This document shows, piece by piece, positions 37,699-47,577 of a stretch of 64,000 bases of DNA. The translations under genes and the position numbers were made by a program. This DNA is from Candidatus Omnitrophota bacterium (GTDB lineage Bacteria > Omnitrophota > Gorgyraeia > DTHP01), in contig JAMWCW010000006.1 in the NCBI GenBank assembly GCA_023819145.1, positions 16,973 to 80,972 of the forward strand, written 5' to 3'. The notes below the pieces were generated by a model. That model saw nothing but the letters and a program-made list of their open reading frames with translations. It searched no databases and was not told the DNA's origin. Positions within the stretch are counted from its first letter, which is position 1. The number at the start of each line of letters is the position of its first letter.

Positions 37699-39720
37699 CT
37701 AAAATTTATAAGAAACGCCGATGACAAAGTTTCTCTCCGGAGAAGGATAAAATCCTCTCTCATTGTAAACCGTAGAGATTGCTCCATATTCAGAGTATTT
37801 TTTGTTAAAAAGATTATTTATCGTAAAATAAATATTCCCTTGTTCAATTCTATAACTTAATTTTAAATCTAAGGTAATATAATTATCAAGTGGAGGATAA
37901 TTATGTGCCTGGTCGTTAATAAAATATCTTTCTCCACAGTAATTAAGCATTGATCTTAATTGCCAATCTTCGAACAATCTCAAGTTGCCAATTATAGAAA
38001 ATTTATGACGGGGAACCAATGGAATTTGGTTTCCACTATAACTACCCTCTCTAAAGATTGCTTCCATGAAAGTATAGTTTCCAGTTAAGGTTAAATAATT
38101 ACTTATTTTTTTCTCAGTAAACAATTCTATACCTCTACGCTCTGTTTTATCATAATTCTTATTCGTATAAACTAAGGGGTCATAATATAATTCATTTCTC
38201 AACCTCATATAAAATATACTTCCCCCCAATTTAAATGACTCTTTTAATCCATATTCAAAACCCCCTTCATAATTGTAGGAAATTTGAGGTAAAAGCTGGG
38301 TATTGACTGGAGGAGTAGCCCAAATACTGTAGTATTCATCGGTTGCAGGAAAACGAAAACTTCTTCCCCAATTGATAAAAATTTTAGAAACATCATTAGG
38401 AAAATAAGCAAACCCCAAATTAAATGCCCCCTCATCCAATTCTAAATCTTCATCAACCTCTACTTTACTTATCCAAGGATCGCTAAGCCAAGGACCTTCT
38501 TGAAGTTTAGAGTCGAAACTATACTTTGCCTTTTCTAAACGGTATCCTAAAAGAAATAAAAGATTCTCTCTCAAATTCATCTCATTTTGTATATAGTAAC
38601 CCACTGAATCTTTATCTATATCTGTCTGGCGTATCTTTTCTCCTTGATAATAAACAGTCCCCCAATCTGAGTAAGCATCGATTAAAGAATCAACCCAATA
38701 GAAATCCATTCCCCCAATAACTTTGTTTTCTTTTCCTAACAAATTTGTCTCTACAATAACCAAAGGCCTAAAACTTAAAGTGTCAATCTCGCGATGGTCA
38801 ATGCTTTGAGAACTCAGAAGATAGTTATTTACTACGCGGTGTCTAAAAGAAAGGTTGGCGTTAACTTCTAAGAGATCAGTTATTTTATTTTTTGCTTCAA
38901 GATTTAAAAATCCATCTTCTTCTCCAACATCGTCATCAGGAAATTTTGTATCTCTACGCAAAGATTCTTTCAATTGACTTTCCCGTAAAGCCCCTGGTAA
39001 ACCAAAATCTGCAAAATGATAATTTCCGCTTAAACTTAAAAAACCGTTACCGAATTCATAAATAATTTTTCCAAAAAAATCCTCTCCGCGATAATCGCTA
39101 TTCTTTCTGTAGCCATCAGTGGAATGCCTATTAAATTGCATTAAGTAAGAAAAATCTTCTTTAGAACCACCTAATTCTAAAACATGTTTTTCTAATTCGT
39201 AACTTCCGCTTTGAAAATCAATCTTAAAAGAAGTTTTATCCTCACCTTTCTTGGTAACTATATTCACCACTCCTCCCACCGCATTATCACCATAGAGCAC
39301 ACTTCCTGCTCCTCGGAGTATCTCTATCTTCTCTATGACCTCTAAGGGAATCTGGGTCAAATCTACTCCGCTTAAATCGATCTCATTCAATCTTCTTCCA
39401 TCTAATAACACAAGGGTATTACTTCCAGCAAATTCTCCAAACCCCCGTAAATCAATCGAAGTTTTTGTTCCTGTCCCATAATAATCACGCACCACTAATC
39501 CTGAAATTGGCCTTAACAAATCTACAATAGTTTTTGCCTGAGACTTCTCTATTTCTGAGTAGGTAATCACCGTTACCAAAGCAGGAATTTTATTAATCAG
39601 CTGTGTATAGCGCAAAGGGGTAACTACTATCTTTCCTAATTCATACTCTTCTTGGGCATAAATCAAACTAACCAACCCCATAACCCAATAAAACAGTAAA
39701 CTAATTATCAACTTTTTCAT
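37699..39720 (-). CDS. btuB: TonB-dependent outer-membrane receptor, probable cobalamin/corrinoid transporter
   Basis: 673 aa, signal peptide, plug domain, 22-strand barrel, C-terminal ...YKF. A cobalamin riboswitch lies immediately upstream and the B12 ABC genes are adjacent. Confidence 0.8.
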   Translation of the reverse strand: MKKLIISLLFYWVMGLVSLIYAQEEYELGKIVVTPLRYTQLINKIPALVTVITYSEIEKSQAKTIVDLLRPISGLVVRDYYGTGTKTSIDLRGFGEFAGSNTLVLLDGRRLNEIDLSGVDLTQIPLEVIEKIEILRGAGSVLYGDNAVGGVVNIVTKKGEDKTSFKIDFQSGSYELEKHVLELGGSKEDFSYLMQFNRHSTDGYRKNSDYRGEDFFGKIIYEFGNGFLSLSGNYHFADFGLPGALRESQLKESLRRDTKFPDDDVGEEDGFLNLEAKNKITDLLEVNANLSFRHRVVNNYLLSSQSIDHREIDTLSFRPLVIVETNLLGKENKVIGGMDFYWVDSLIDAYSDWGTVYYQGEKIRQTDIDKDSVGYYIQNEMNLRENLLFLLGYRLEKAKYSFDSKLQEGPWLSDPWISKVEVDEDLELDEGAFNLGFAYFPNDVSKIFINWGRSFRFPATDEYYSIWATPPVNTQLLPQISYNYEGGFEYGLKESFKLGGSIFYMRLRNELYYDPLVYTNKNYDKTERRGIELFTEKKISNYLTLTGNYTFMEAIFREGSYSGNQIPLVPRHKFSIIGNLRLFEDWQLRSMLNYCGERYFINDQAHNYPPLDNYITLDLKLSYRIEQGNIYFTINNLFNKKYSEYGAISTVYNERGFYPSPERNFVIGVSYKF

Positions 39721-39770
39721 CTTCCCTCCTTTTATTCGTGCTATTTGCTATATTTTATATATTCGGATTA

Positions 39771-39800
39771 AATAAAAAACCCACCTTCTTCGGTGGGCCA
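39771..39800 (-). terminator. Rho-independent terminator forming the riboswitch expression platform
   Basis: On the minus strand: GGCCCACCGAAGAAGGTGGG followed by TTTTTTATTT. It lies about 50 nt upstream of the btuB ATG. Confidence 0.65.
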
Positions 39801-39955
39801 CAGATCGTAACCACTTCCCCTCCCGTGAAGGTACTTACCATCATGGGGATCGACCGGGCTCACCGCTAAAGCGAGAGTATTTTTGAGCTTTTACGGTATT
39901 ACCGTTGCAGGGCAGCCCCCTGACTTTCACAGGGAGTTCCTTCCCCAATCAGGAA
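39771..39955 (-). ncRNA. Cobalamin (B12) riboswitch
   Basis: The minus-strand sequence GGGGAAGGAACTCCCTGTGAAAGTCAGGGGGCTGCCCTGCAACGGTAA... matches the conserved cobalamin riboswitch core pattern (GGGAA..GGTG.AA.TCC...GC.G.CCCGC.AC.GTAA, B12-box-like). It ends in an intrinsic terminator just upstream of btuB. Confidence 0.6.
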
Positions 39956-40184
39956 AAATTAAGATTTCCCTACCTTATCTTTAACGTTTTTTTCACCGTT
40001 TCAATCTTTTCTAAATCAGTAATAATTTGTTTTTTCAAACGAGTAAAAAAATTTTTTTCAAAAAGTGTTTTTTGTTTTAAAAATATAGTAAAATAATATA
40101 AGTGTCAAGAAAAATCTTTAAAAGTGGTATTGATTTTTGAATCTAATTCTACGTTAAAGAAGTTTTATGCTCAAAAGAGAAATA

Positions 40185-40988
40185 TTAACGGAGTTTCTGA
40201 GGGATAGTAAAGATGTGAGGTCTTTTGGTTACGGGGTTATCTTTTACCACCACTACTGTATCGTACACCTCTTCAATAAGCTTATAATCTAATACCTCCT
40301 GAGGCGTTCCTAACCTTATCATCTCTCCCTCGCTAAGCAGCAGCAAACGGTTACAATATTGGCTTGCTAAATTAAGGTCATGTAGTACCGAAATGACCGT
40401 GATGTTTTTCTGGCGGTTCAATTTATCCAGAAGGTCAAATATTTTTATCTCATGCCCAATATCCAAATGTGCAGTTGGCTCATCCAATAAAATGAGAGTC
40501 GGCTCTTGAATAAGCGCACGGGTAATAAAAACCATTTGTTTCTCTCCCAAACTCAATTCATCAATACTTGCTGAAATAAAATTTTCTATCCCCGTGAGTC
40601 TTACCTTCGCCTCAATTACTTCCCAGTCTTTTTTTCTCTCTACTTTATACCGTTTCAAAAAAGGGTACCTTCCCATCTTGAGAATTTCCAAAACCGAGAA
40701 ACTAAACCAGACTTGAGTCTGTTGAGGAACATAAGCAATTTCCTGCGCAAGAATTCTTGGAGAGATACTACGTATGTCTTTATCCCGAAAAAGTATCTTT
40801 CCTTTTAAAGAAGGTAATATTCTTAAAATATTCCTTAAAAGAGTGGATTTTCCCGCTCCATTTGGACCAATGATTCCTAAAAACTCTCCTTCCTTAATTT
40901 GAAAGTTTATATTTTTCAAAACAGTCTTTCTTCCATAACCGGAAGAAAGATTTTCTACACTCAGTAAAATTTTCTTTTCGGTCATCAC
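40185..40988 (-). CDS. btuD: ABC transporter ATP-binding protein (BtuD/FepC family)
   Basis: 267 aa, Walker A GPNGAGKST, LSGGE+Q signature, Walker B ILLDEPT. Confidence 0.85.
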   Translation of the reverse strand: MMTEKKILLSVENLSSGYGRKTVLKNINFQIKEGEFLGIIGPNGAGKSTLLRNILRILPSLKGKILFRDKDIRSISPRILAQEIAYVPQQTQVWFSFSVLEILKMGRYPFLKRYKVERKKDWEVIEAKVRLTGIENFISASIDELSLGEKQMVFITRALIQEPTLILLDEPTAHLDIGHEIKIFDLLDKLNRQKNITVISVLHDLNLASQYCNRLLLLSEGEMIRLGTPQEVLDYKLIEEVYDTVVVVKDNPVTKRPHIFTIPQKLR

Positions 40989-41995
40989 TATTTAAAAACA
41001 ACTTTCTTCTTTTTTTGCAGTAGATAAATAAAAACCAACCCCCCAATAAAAGCAGTAATTACACCAATAGGAATCTCTATCGGACTAAAAACAGTACGTG
41101 CAAAGGTATCGGAGATGATAATAAAAATTGCTCCTCCTAAGAAAGAAGATGGTATTAACAAGCGATGTTCATTCCCTGAGAAAAAACGTATAATATGGGG
41201 TACAATTAAACCTACGAAACCAACGATTCCACATACTGCCACTGCAGTGGCAGTAATTAAGGAAGCAACGTAGATAAGCAGGCGTTTAATCTTTTCAACC
41301 TCAATCCCTAATGAAACCGCCTCTTCCTCACCTAAAGAGATTGCATTAAGTTCTCTGGCAAATAAAAAGGAAATTGTTACACCGAAAATTCCAATAATCG
41401 CCGTAGTCAATAAAAGAGAATTATCTACTACCTCTAAATTACCCAAAAGCCATCCCATAACTCCGCGCATCAGTTTATCTTCGAAAAGCCAGACTATAAA
41501 TATAAGAATATTAGTTAAAATTACCCCTACAACCACTCCCGAAAGAAGCAAATTTTGCGGAGGAAGTCTCCCTTCTACTTGGGCTAATCTTTTAACCATA
41601 AAGATACTCAGTAAACTACCCAAAAAACCACTCAACGGAAGATACAGTACTCCGCAACGAACCAAAGTCCCTCCCATAACCATCGCCACTACTACTCCTA
41701 ATCCTCCACCGCTGGACACTCCTAAAATATAAGGGTCTGCCAAGGGATTACGTAATACCGCCTGAAAAATCACTCCCGCAACCGAGAGCATTCCCCCAAT
41801 CATCGCACCTTGAATGATGCGTTTAAGACGAAGAACAAAGATAATTCTCTCTACCTCAGAAATGATAATTCCTTTAAAGGATAGAGAAACTGTCCCCAAG
41901 AAAGCAGAACATATGATTGAAAGCAATAGAAAGATTATGAGTATTGAGATTAACAAAATACCTTTTTTTCTATTCACCAGAAGTTTCTTTTCCAT
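40988..41995 (-). CDS. btuC: FecCD-family ABC permease (BtuC-like)
   Basis: 335 aa, about nine TM segments, typical FecCD conserved region. Confidence 0.85.
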   Translation of the reverse strand: MEKKLLVNRKKGILLISILIIFLLLSIICSAFLGTVSLSFKGIIISEVERIIFVLRLKRIIQGAMIGGMLSVAGVIFQAVLRNPLADPYILGVSSGGGLGVVVAMVMGGTLVRCGVLYLPLSGFLGSLLSIFMVKRLAQVEGRLPPQNLLLSGVVVGVILTNILIFIVWLFEDKLMRGVMGWLLGNLEVVDNSLLLTTAIIGIFGVTISFLFARELNAISLGEEEAVSLGIEVEKIKRLLIYVASLITATAVAVCGIVGFVGLIVPHIIRFFSGNEHRLLIPSSFLGGAIFIIISDTFARTVFSPIEIPIGVITAFIGGLVFIYLLQKKKKVVFK

Positions 41996-42863
41996 AAAAT
42001 CTCACAAAGAGTTGTTTTATCCCTTCGATTATGCGCGGGCCTGGCCGTAGAAGAATATCAGGGTCTATGTCTGCATAAATTCTATTATTCTTTACCGCTC
42101 TAATCACATTCCATCCATAACGATATGATAAATTATTCTCATTTTTTACTCCGTTATACATATAAGCTCTAATAATTACATCCGGAGAATTTTTAATCAC
42201 AAATTCCTCAGAGATGCGAGAAAATTTTCTCTTGATATTCCGGGCAATATTTATTCCTCCCGCCAGTGAAATCATTTCATCTAAATAGGAACTGTTTCCA
42301 CAGGTAATTAAAGGTGGATACCAAATTTCTAAAAAAACCTTTGGTCGCTTTGAAACATCTATCCTGTTAAGCTCGCTTTGAATCTCTAGCAATTCCTGCT
42401 CCAGGTGAAAAACAAGGTTCTTTGCTTCTTCTTCTCTAGTAGTAATTTTACCTATTTCCAGAACATTTTGAAAAAGCTCTTTAATATTCTCTGGATCGGC
42501 AATAAATACCTTCAGTCCTGCGCGTCTCAATTTTAAAATAATAGAGTTTTGCTCTAAACCGGTAGTAAAAATTATATCTGGCTTAAGAGAAATGATTTTT
42601 TCCAAACTAGGTTGGCTAAAAGTCCCTACCTTTTCGATGTTTTCTGCTGGAGAAGGATAATTGGAAAAACTGTCCACACCCACAATATTTCTCCCTAAAC
42701 CTAAAGCAAAGAGAATTTCCGTAGTGCTGGGAGCGAGCGAAACAATTCTTAAATCCTGAGCAAACACCCAAGATAGAGAAAAAACCAAACCTAAAATCAA
42801 AAATCCCAAAATTATCCCTTTAGGATTTAGGATTTTAAGTTTAGAATTTGGGTTTTTCTCCAT
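41970..42863 (-). CDS. btuF: Periplasmic substrate-binding protein (class III, BtuF-like)
   Basis: 297 aa, signal peptide, IVSLAPSTTEILFALGLG..IVGV pattern. Confidence 0.75.
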   Translation of the reverse strand: MEKNPNSKLKILNPKGIILGFLILGLVFSLSWVFAQDLRIVSLAPSTTEILFALGLGRNIVGVDSFSNYPSPAENIEKVGTFSQPSLEKIISLKPDIIFTTGLEQNSIILKLRRAGLKVFIADPENIKELFQNVLEIGKITTREEEAKNLVFHLEQELLEIQSELNRIDVSKRPKVFLEIWYPPLITCGNSSYLDEMISLAGGINIARNIKRKFSRISEEFVIKNSPDVIIRAYMYNGVKNENNLSYRYGWNVIRAVKNNRIYADIDPDILLRPGPRIIEGIKQLFVRFYGKETSGE

Positions 42864-42871
42864 TTAAATTC

Positions 42872-43405
42872 TTAATATTCGATTCCTTCTCTTGCCTTTA
42901 TCCCTTTTTGAAAAGGATGTTTAATTTCTTTTATTTCGCTGATATAATCCGCATATTCCCTCAATTTATTAACCAAAGGCCTGCCGGTAATAATTAATTC
43001 TGTGGATTTAGATTTATTCTTTATCAACTCAATTATATCCCCTTCTGAAATCAAATCACAATCAACTGCATTGAGAATTTCATCAAGAATAACCAGGTCG
43101 TAATTTCCGACTTTAAGACTATGCCTTATTTCTTTTAAAGCTTTGTTTAGAACATTCCTTGCCTTTTCTTTTTTTATTTTTTTACAAAAAATAGGATGTC
43201 TTTGCCCAAAACGCACAATCTTAATACCTTCTCCTAACTTTTCTATTGCTTTAACTTCTCCTGAGAGAAGATTTTTGGGTTTAAAGAACTGAAAGATTAT
43301 TATTTTTCTTCCCCAGCCCCATGCTCGCAAGGCAAGGCCTAAAGCAGAAGTAGTCTTTCCTTTACCGCGACCATAATATACTTGCACCAAACCAGTTTTT
43401 TTCAT
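42872..43405 (-). CDS. cobO: Cob(I)yrinic acid a,c-diamide/cob(I)alamin adenosyltransferase (CobA/CobO/BtuR type)
   Basis: 177 aa, VYYGRGKGKTTSALG P-loop and typical length. Confidence 0.8.
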   Translation of the reverse strand: MKKTGLVQVYYGRGKGKTTSALGLALRAWGWGRKIIIFQFFKPKNLLSGEVKAIEKLGEGIKIVRFGQRHPIFCKKIKKEKARNVLNKALKEIRHSLKVGNYDLVILDEILNAVDCDLISEGDIIELIKNKSKSTELIITGRPLVNKLREYADYISEIKEIKHPFQKGIKAREGIEY

Positions 43406-43408
43406 TTT

Positions 43409-44404
43409 CTATTTTGCCAATCTTTCCAGTGGAAAGTCCGCCAAAGCAATCAGACTTTCTTTAAATTTGCTTTGAGGGAGGCAATTTATATCCTTTTTTG
43501 CCTTATCGGAAAAAAGCTTTGCTTTTTTTAAAGCTAACTCTACTGCCCGGTAAACCAAAGCAAGAATTCTTGCCCGGGGCATAGTCGCTCTATTCCTCAG
43601 AAAATTAAAAATCTCTCTTTTCTCTTCTCGGGAAAGAAAAGAAAATGGATAGATACAAGAAAAATTAATCTTTTTATTCTCTAATTCCTGAATGAAAGAT
43701 TCTTCTTCAGAGATGATGTTGAGACAATCATCTACAATCTGGAGCGTTAAACCAAAATTTAAACCAAAATTCTCCACTGCCTTTATGAACAAACCTTCCC
43801 CTCCCACAATAGACGCTCCTGCCCAACAAGCAGTAGACATAAGAGAGGCAGTCTTATTTTTTATTCTCTCAATATATTCACTTTCCTCAAAATTATTTAT
43901 AGGATTTTTTTCTTTTATCTTTACCTCAATCATCGCATCCAAAATGTTCATAAATCTTTTAATGATTTCTTGCTGACCCACATCTATCAGAAGACCAAAA
44001 GTACGAGAGAAAAGGTATTCAGAAAATAAAAGAGTATAACTTCTTTGCCCCCTTTTAGAATTTAAATTTTCTCCTTGCTCCTCATCTATGTTTTGCATCA
44101 CACTGTTTTGAAGCAATATTGCAGTATTAAATACTTCTATAGAAACAGCAAATTTATCTAAGCTGGAAAGATTCAAAGTATCGAGACTATTTCTACACAC
44201 AGATTTCGCGGAAAGAAAAACCAGCCCCGGCCTTATCTCTCTCTGAGGAAGGGAAAGGAGGTATTCACAGAGGGGAAAGAATTCCTTCTCTTTTCTTGTA
44301 AGAATATCTTTGTAAGAATTCCCCCATAAAGATAACTCTTTTTTAACTGGAGAAAAAATATCGCAAAGGAAATCTTTTGCTTTAACCTCTCGATTATGAG
44401 ACAT
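43409..44404 (-). CDS. Polyprenyl synthetase-family protein with a degenerate first Asp-rich motif
   Basis: 331 aa. The second motif is intact (FGLTLQIVDDCLNI). Where the first DDxxD motif is expected, the sequence reads LLQNSVMQNIDEE. Confidence 0.5.
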   Translation of the reverse strand: MSHNREVKAKDFLCDIFSPVKKELSLWGNSYKDILTRKEKEFFPLCEYLLSLPQREIRPGLVFLSAKSVCRNSLDTLNLSSLDKFAVSIEVFNTAILLQNSVMQNIDEEQGENLNSKRGQRSYTLLFSEYLFSRTFGLLIDVGQQEIIKRFMNILDAMIEVKIKEKNPINNFEESEYIERIKNKTASLMSTACWAGASIVGGEGLFIKAVENFGLNFGLTLQIVDDCLNIISEEESFIQELENKKINFSCIYPFSFLSREEKREIFNFLRNRATMPRARILALVYRAVELALKKAKLFSDKAKKDINCLPQSKFKESLIALADFPLERLAK

Positions 44405-44427
44405 TAATGAAATCCTCTGTCAAGAAA

Positions 44428-44664
44428 CTACTCTACCACATCTCCTACCACCGACTCTACCTTTATGCCTAATTTCTCCAGATAGACCCTTGCTTTCTCC
44501 AGATTTTCTTTTGTCCCACTAAGTTCCAAAGTCACCTCACCCACTGTATCCGTAACCCTTGCTCTCCGGATATTAGGAATGATATTAAATTTCTTTGCCA
44601 TATTATAAATAACTGGTTTTTTAACTAAATTCTGAGGAAATACTAAATGTACCATTTTTTTCAT
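44428..44664 (-). CDS. Stand-alone NIL-domain (MetN C-terminal-like) protein
   Basis: I place the start at the internal ATG at 44664, which has a GGAGGTGGA ribosome-binding site. The longer ORF-track model overlaps the thiF-like gene. The fold pattern L.F.G..V..P....++F.I..NI..A.V....G...LEL.G...+.A..YL...GIKVE matches NIL domains. Confidence 0.5.
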   Translation of the reverse strand: MKKMVHLVFPQNLVKKPVIYNMAKKFNIIPNIRRARVTDTVGEVTLELSGTKENLEKARVYLEKLGIKVESVVGDVVE

Positions 44665-44731
44665 ATCCACCTCCTTTTCATCGTTTATGACTCTAAAGAA
44701 AGAATTAAGGTAAATTCCGCCTATTAGCCCT

Positions 44732-45487
44732 CTACTCACGTAGAGGTCCACAAACAGGGCAGTTCTTATTGGGCTTAAGGGCGATTTTCTTAAAATCCAT
44801 GTTATTGCCTTCCCAAATAAGCAGTCTATTCCTAAGATTCTCTCCAACACCTGTTAAATATTTGAGCACCTCTAACGCTTCTAAACAGCCAATTACCCCT
44901 GGGGTAGCACCAACAACCGGAAATCTTTCCTTTGGAGGGGCCTCAGGAAAGATGCAAAAAAGGCAGGGAGTCTGAGGAACCTGAATAAAGCTCAAATATC
45001 CGCTCATACCCCAAACACTGGCATAAACAAACGGAATTTTCTTACGAATCGCACACTGGTTCAGAACTAAACGCGTCTCAAAGTTATCCATGCAATCTAC
45101 AACTATTTGACTTGTTCCTACAAAGCTATCTACATTCTCCTCCGTTATCTTCTCAGGTATATCCTTGACCTCTATGACAGGATTAAGCACTTTGAGTGTT
45201 TCCTTAGCCGATAGGGCTTTATTTATGCCAAGGCGTTTATCATGATGCAGTATTTGACGATTAAGATTGGAGAGTTCAGAAATATCAAAATCACAAATAT
45301 TAATCTTCCCAACCCCTGCTACTGCAAGATATATTGCTACAGGTGACCCTAACCCCCCAGCTCCGGCAATAAAGACTTCGGCATTTTTTATCTTCTTTTG
45401 CCCCTCCTCACCCCAGCCTTCAATGATTAGTTGTCTTGAATATCGCTCTAAATCATAAGAAGTAAGTTCTTTGATTTTCTCCATCAT
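44732..45487 (-). CDS. ThiF/MoeB/HesA-family E1-like sulfur-carrier-protein adenylyltransferase
   Basis: 251 aa, GAGGLGSP nucleotide loop, CxxC...CxxC zinc site (CLFC...CPVC). Confidence 0.85.
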   Translation of the reverse strand: MMEKIKELTSYDLERYSRQLIIEGWGEEGQKKIKNAEVFIAGAGGLGSPVAIYLAVAGVGKINICDFDISELSNLNRQILHHDKRLGINKALSAKETLKVLNPVIEVKDIPEKITEENVDSFVGTSQIVVDCMDNFETRLVLNQCAIRKKIPFVYASVWGMSGYLSFIQVPQTPCLFCIFPEAPPKERFPVVGATPGVIGCLEALEVLKYLTGVGENLRNRLLIWEGNNMDFKKIALKPNKNCPVCGPLRE

Positions 45488-45490
45488 TAT

Positions 45491-45766
45491 CTATCCTCCG
45501 GCAATAGCAGGAATTATAGAAATCTCATCCCCTTCTTTTAAAGGAGTCTTTTCCATTTGTAAAAAACGGATATCCTCGTCATTAACATATAGGTTAACAA
45601 ACCTGCGAATTTTCCCTTTTTCATCAACAATCCTTTCTTTTATACCCGGAAACTTTTTTTCTAAACTTTCTACCAACTCCTCAATGTTTTTCCCCTCTGC
45701 TTCGACCTCCGCGAGATTATTTGTTATTTTCTGCAAAGGGGTAGGAATACGCACCTTTACTGCCAT
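45491..45766 (-). CDS. MoaD/ThiS-family sulfur carrier protein (C-terminal Gly-Gly)
   Basis: 91 aa, ends ...ISIIPAIAGG. Confidence 0.8.
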   Translation of the reverse strand: MAVKVRIPTPLQKITNNLAEVEAEGKNIEELVESLEKKFPGIKERIVDEKGKIRRFVNLYVNDEDIRFLQMEKTPLKEGDEISIIPAIAGG

Positions 45767-45781
45767 ATAATACCTCCTACT

Positions 45782-47017
45782 TTATTCTTCGTGTATTTTA
45801 AGATTCTCTATAAAAGATTCTAAACTCGGCTTAATTCTCCATGGTTTTTTTAGCTTAGGAATAACTGCATCTTGTGTCTTTAATCCATTACCCGTAATAG
45901 AAACAACAATCGACTCATCCTTAGGAATTATCTTATTCTCAATCAGCTTTTTAGTCGCGGCTAAGGTGACACCACCAGCAGTTTCTGTGAAAATACCTTC
46001 AGTTTTTGCTAAAATTTGGATTGCTTCAACAATCTCCTCGTCAGAAACATTCTCTCCCGACCCTCGAGATTCTTTTACCGTCGATACTGCATAATAACCA
46101 TCCGCAGGATTCCCGATGGCTAAAGATTTAGCAATGGTCTTGGGTTTTACAGGTTTGATTATCTCTGAATTCTCTTTAATTGCAGTTACTACCGGAGAAC
46201 AACCCTCTGCCTGCGCAGCATAGACTTTTGTCCTTGGCTTATCCACAAACCCTAGTTTATATAACTCTTGAAATGCCTTCCAGATTTTTGAAATTAAAGA
46301 CCCTCCCGCAACGGGAACAACGATATTCTGTGGAAGCCTCCATCCTAATTGTTCGGCAATTTCAAAACCAAAAGTCTTAGAACCTTCTGCATAATAAGGA
46401 CGAATATTAATATTTACAAATGCCCATCGATATCGGGAAGCAATCTCTGTGCAAAGACGATTTACTTCATCATAATTGCCCTCTACGGCTACAACCGAAG
46501 CACCATAAACAAGTGTGGAAACAATTTTTGCCATTTCCAAGTCTGCAGGAATAAAGATAAAACTACGTAAGCCACAAAGAGCTGACTGCGCCGAAACAGA
46601 GTTTGCTAAATTTCCTGTTGAAGCACAGGCTACGGTATTAAAACCAAACTCCTTTGCCTTAGACAACGCCACCGCTACCACTCTATCTTTAAAAGAAAGT
46701 GTAGGATGACTCACAGAATCATCTTTAATATAAATCTCTTTCACTCCCAAATAATCTGCAAGATTATGTGCTCGGACTAAAGGAGTAAATCCTGAATGCA
46801 AACCACTTGTTGGCTCTTTATCTAAAGGCAACAATTCCCGATATCGCCAAAGATTATATGGACGTTTAGAAATTTCTTTTTTGGTCATAATTTTTTTTAT
46901 TTTTGCATAATCATAAACAACCTCTAAAGAACCGAAACAGTATTCACAAACAAAAAGCACATCTTTAGGATACTCTCTTCCACATTCCCGACAACGCAAT
47001 CCTAATACATAAGACAT
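45782..47017 (-). CDS. Threonine-synthase-family PLP enzyme with an N-terminal zinc ribbon (candidate thiocarboxylate-dependent homocysteine synthase)
   Basis: 411 aa, CRECG...CEYC ribbon, PLP lysine motif HPTLSFKDR, fold II PLP glycine loop GNGL/GGS. Confidence 0.7.
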   Translation of the reverse strand: MSYVLGLRCRECGREYPKDVLFVCEYCFGSLEVVYDYAKIKKIMTKKEISKRPYNLWRYRELLPLDKEPTSGLHSGFTPLVRAHNLADYLGVKEIYIKDDSVSHPTLSFKDRVVAVALSKAKEFGFNTVACASTGNLANSVSAQSALCGLRSFIFIPADLEMAKIVSTLVYGASVVAVEGNYDEVNRLCTEIASRYRWAFVNINIRPYYAEGSKTFGFEIAEQLGWRLPQNIVVPVAGGSLISKIWKAFQELYKLGFVDKPRTKVYAAQAEGCSPVVTAIKENSEIIKPVKPKTIAKSLAIGNPADGYYAVSTVKESRGSGENVSDEEIVEAIQILAKTEGIFTETAGGVTLAATKKLIENKIIPKDESIVVSITGNGLKTQDAVIPKLKKPWRIKPSLESFIENLKIHEE

Positions 47018-47043
47018 AGTTTGCTTACCTCCTTTATTCTCTT

Positions 47044-47577
47044 TTAAAGAAGTTCTTCTATGATTTCTTCCAGATTATTTGGCCAGAAAAAATTATAATA
47101 CTTTATATTACCCTCACGGTCAATAATAATATCCGTGGGGACCCCAATCACTTTATAAAGATGAGAAACCTCCATATATTCATCCAAAAGAATAAGATAA
47201 GGAATCTCTTCTTTTTTTTTAATTCTATTTACAATCTCCTTACCTTCGCCAATAATCACCGTTAGAACTTCCACATCTTTCCCACCATATTTAGCATGAA
47301 TTTTTTTAAGTATAGGAATCTCTCTTATACAATAAGGACAGCGGCTCGTCCAAAATGTCAAAAGCACAACTTTATCTCTAAAATCTTTTAAAGAAAATAC
47401 CTCTCCCGAAACATCTGGTAGACTAAATTCCCACGCTTTTAAAACTGAAGAAGAAGCTTCTGTCTTATTTGTTATTTCCTCATTTACTCTATCTGTGGCA
47501 TTATGGAACAATTTCCATCCCGATAATCCTAAGATTACCAAAAACAAAATTAAAATTATCCAACCTTTATTTTTCAT
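47044..47577 (-). CDS. TlpA/ResA-like membrane-anchored thiol:disulfide oxidoreductase
   Basis: 177 aa, N-terminal TM, thioredoxin fold with WTSRCPYC. Confidence 0.7.
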   Translation of the reverse strand: MKNKGWIILILFLVILGLSGWKLFHNATDRVNEEITNKTEASSSVLKAWEFSLPDVSGEVFSLKDFRDKVVLLTFWTSRCPYCIREIPILKKIHAKYGGKDVEVLTVIIGEGKEIVNRIKKKEEIPYLILLDEYMEVSHLYKVIGVPTDIIIDREGNIKYYNFFWPNNLEEIIEELL

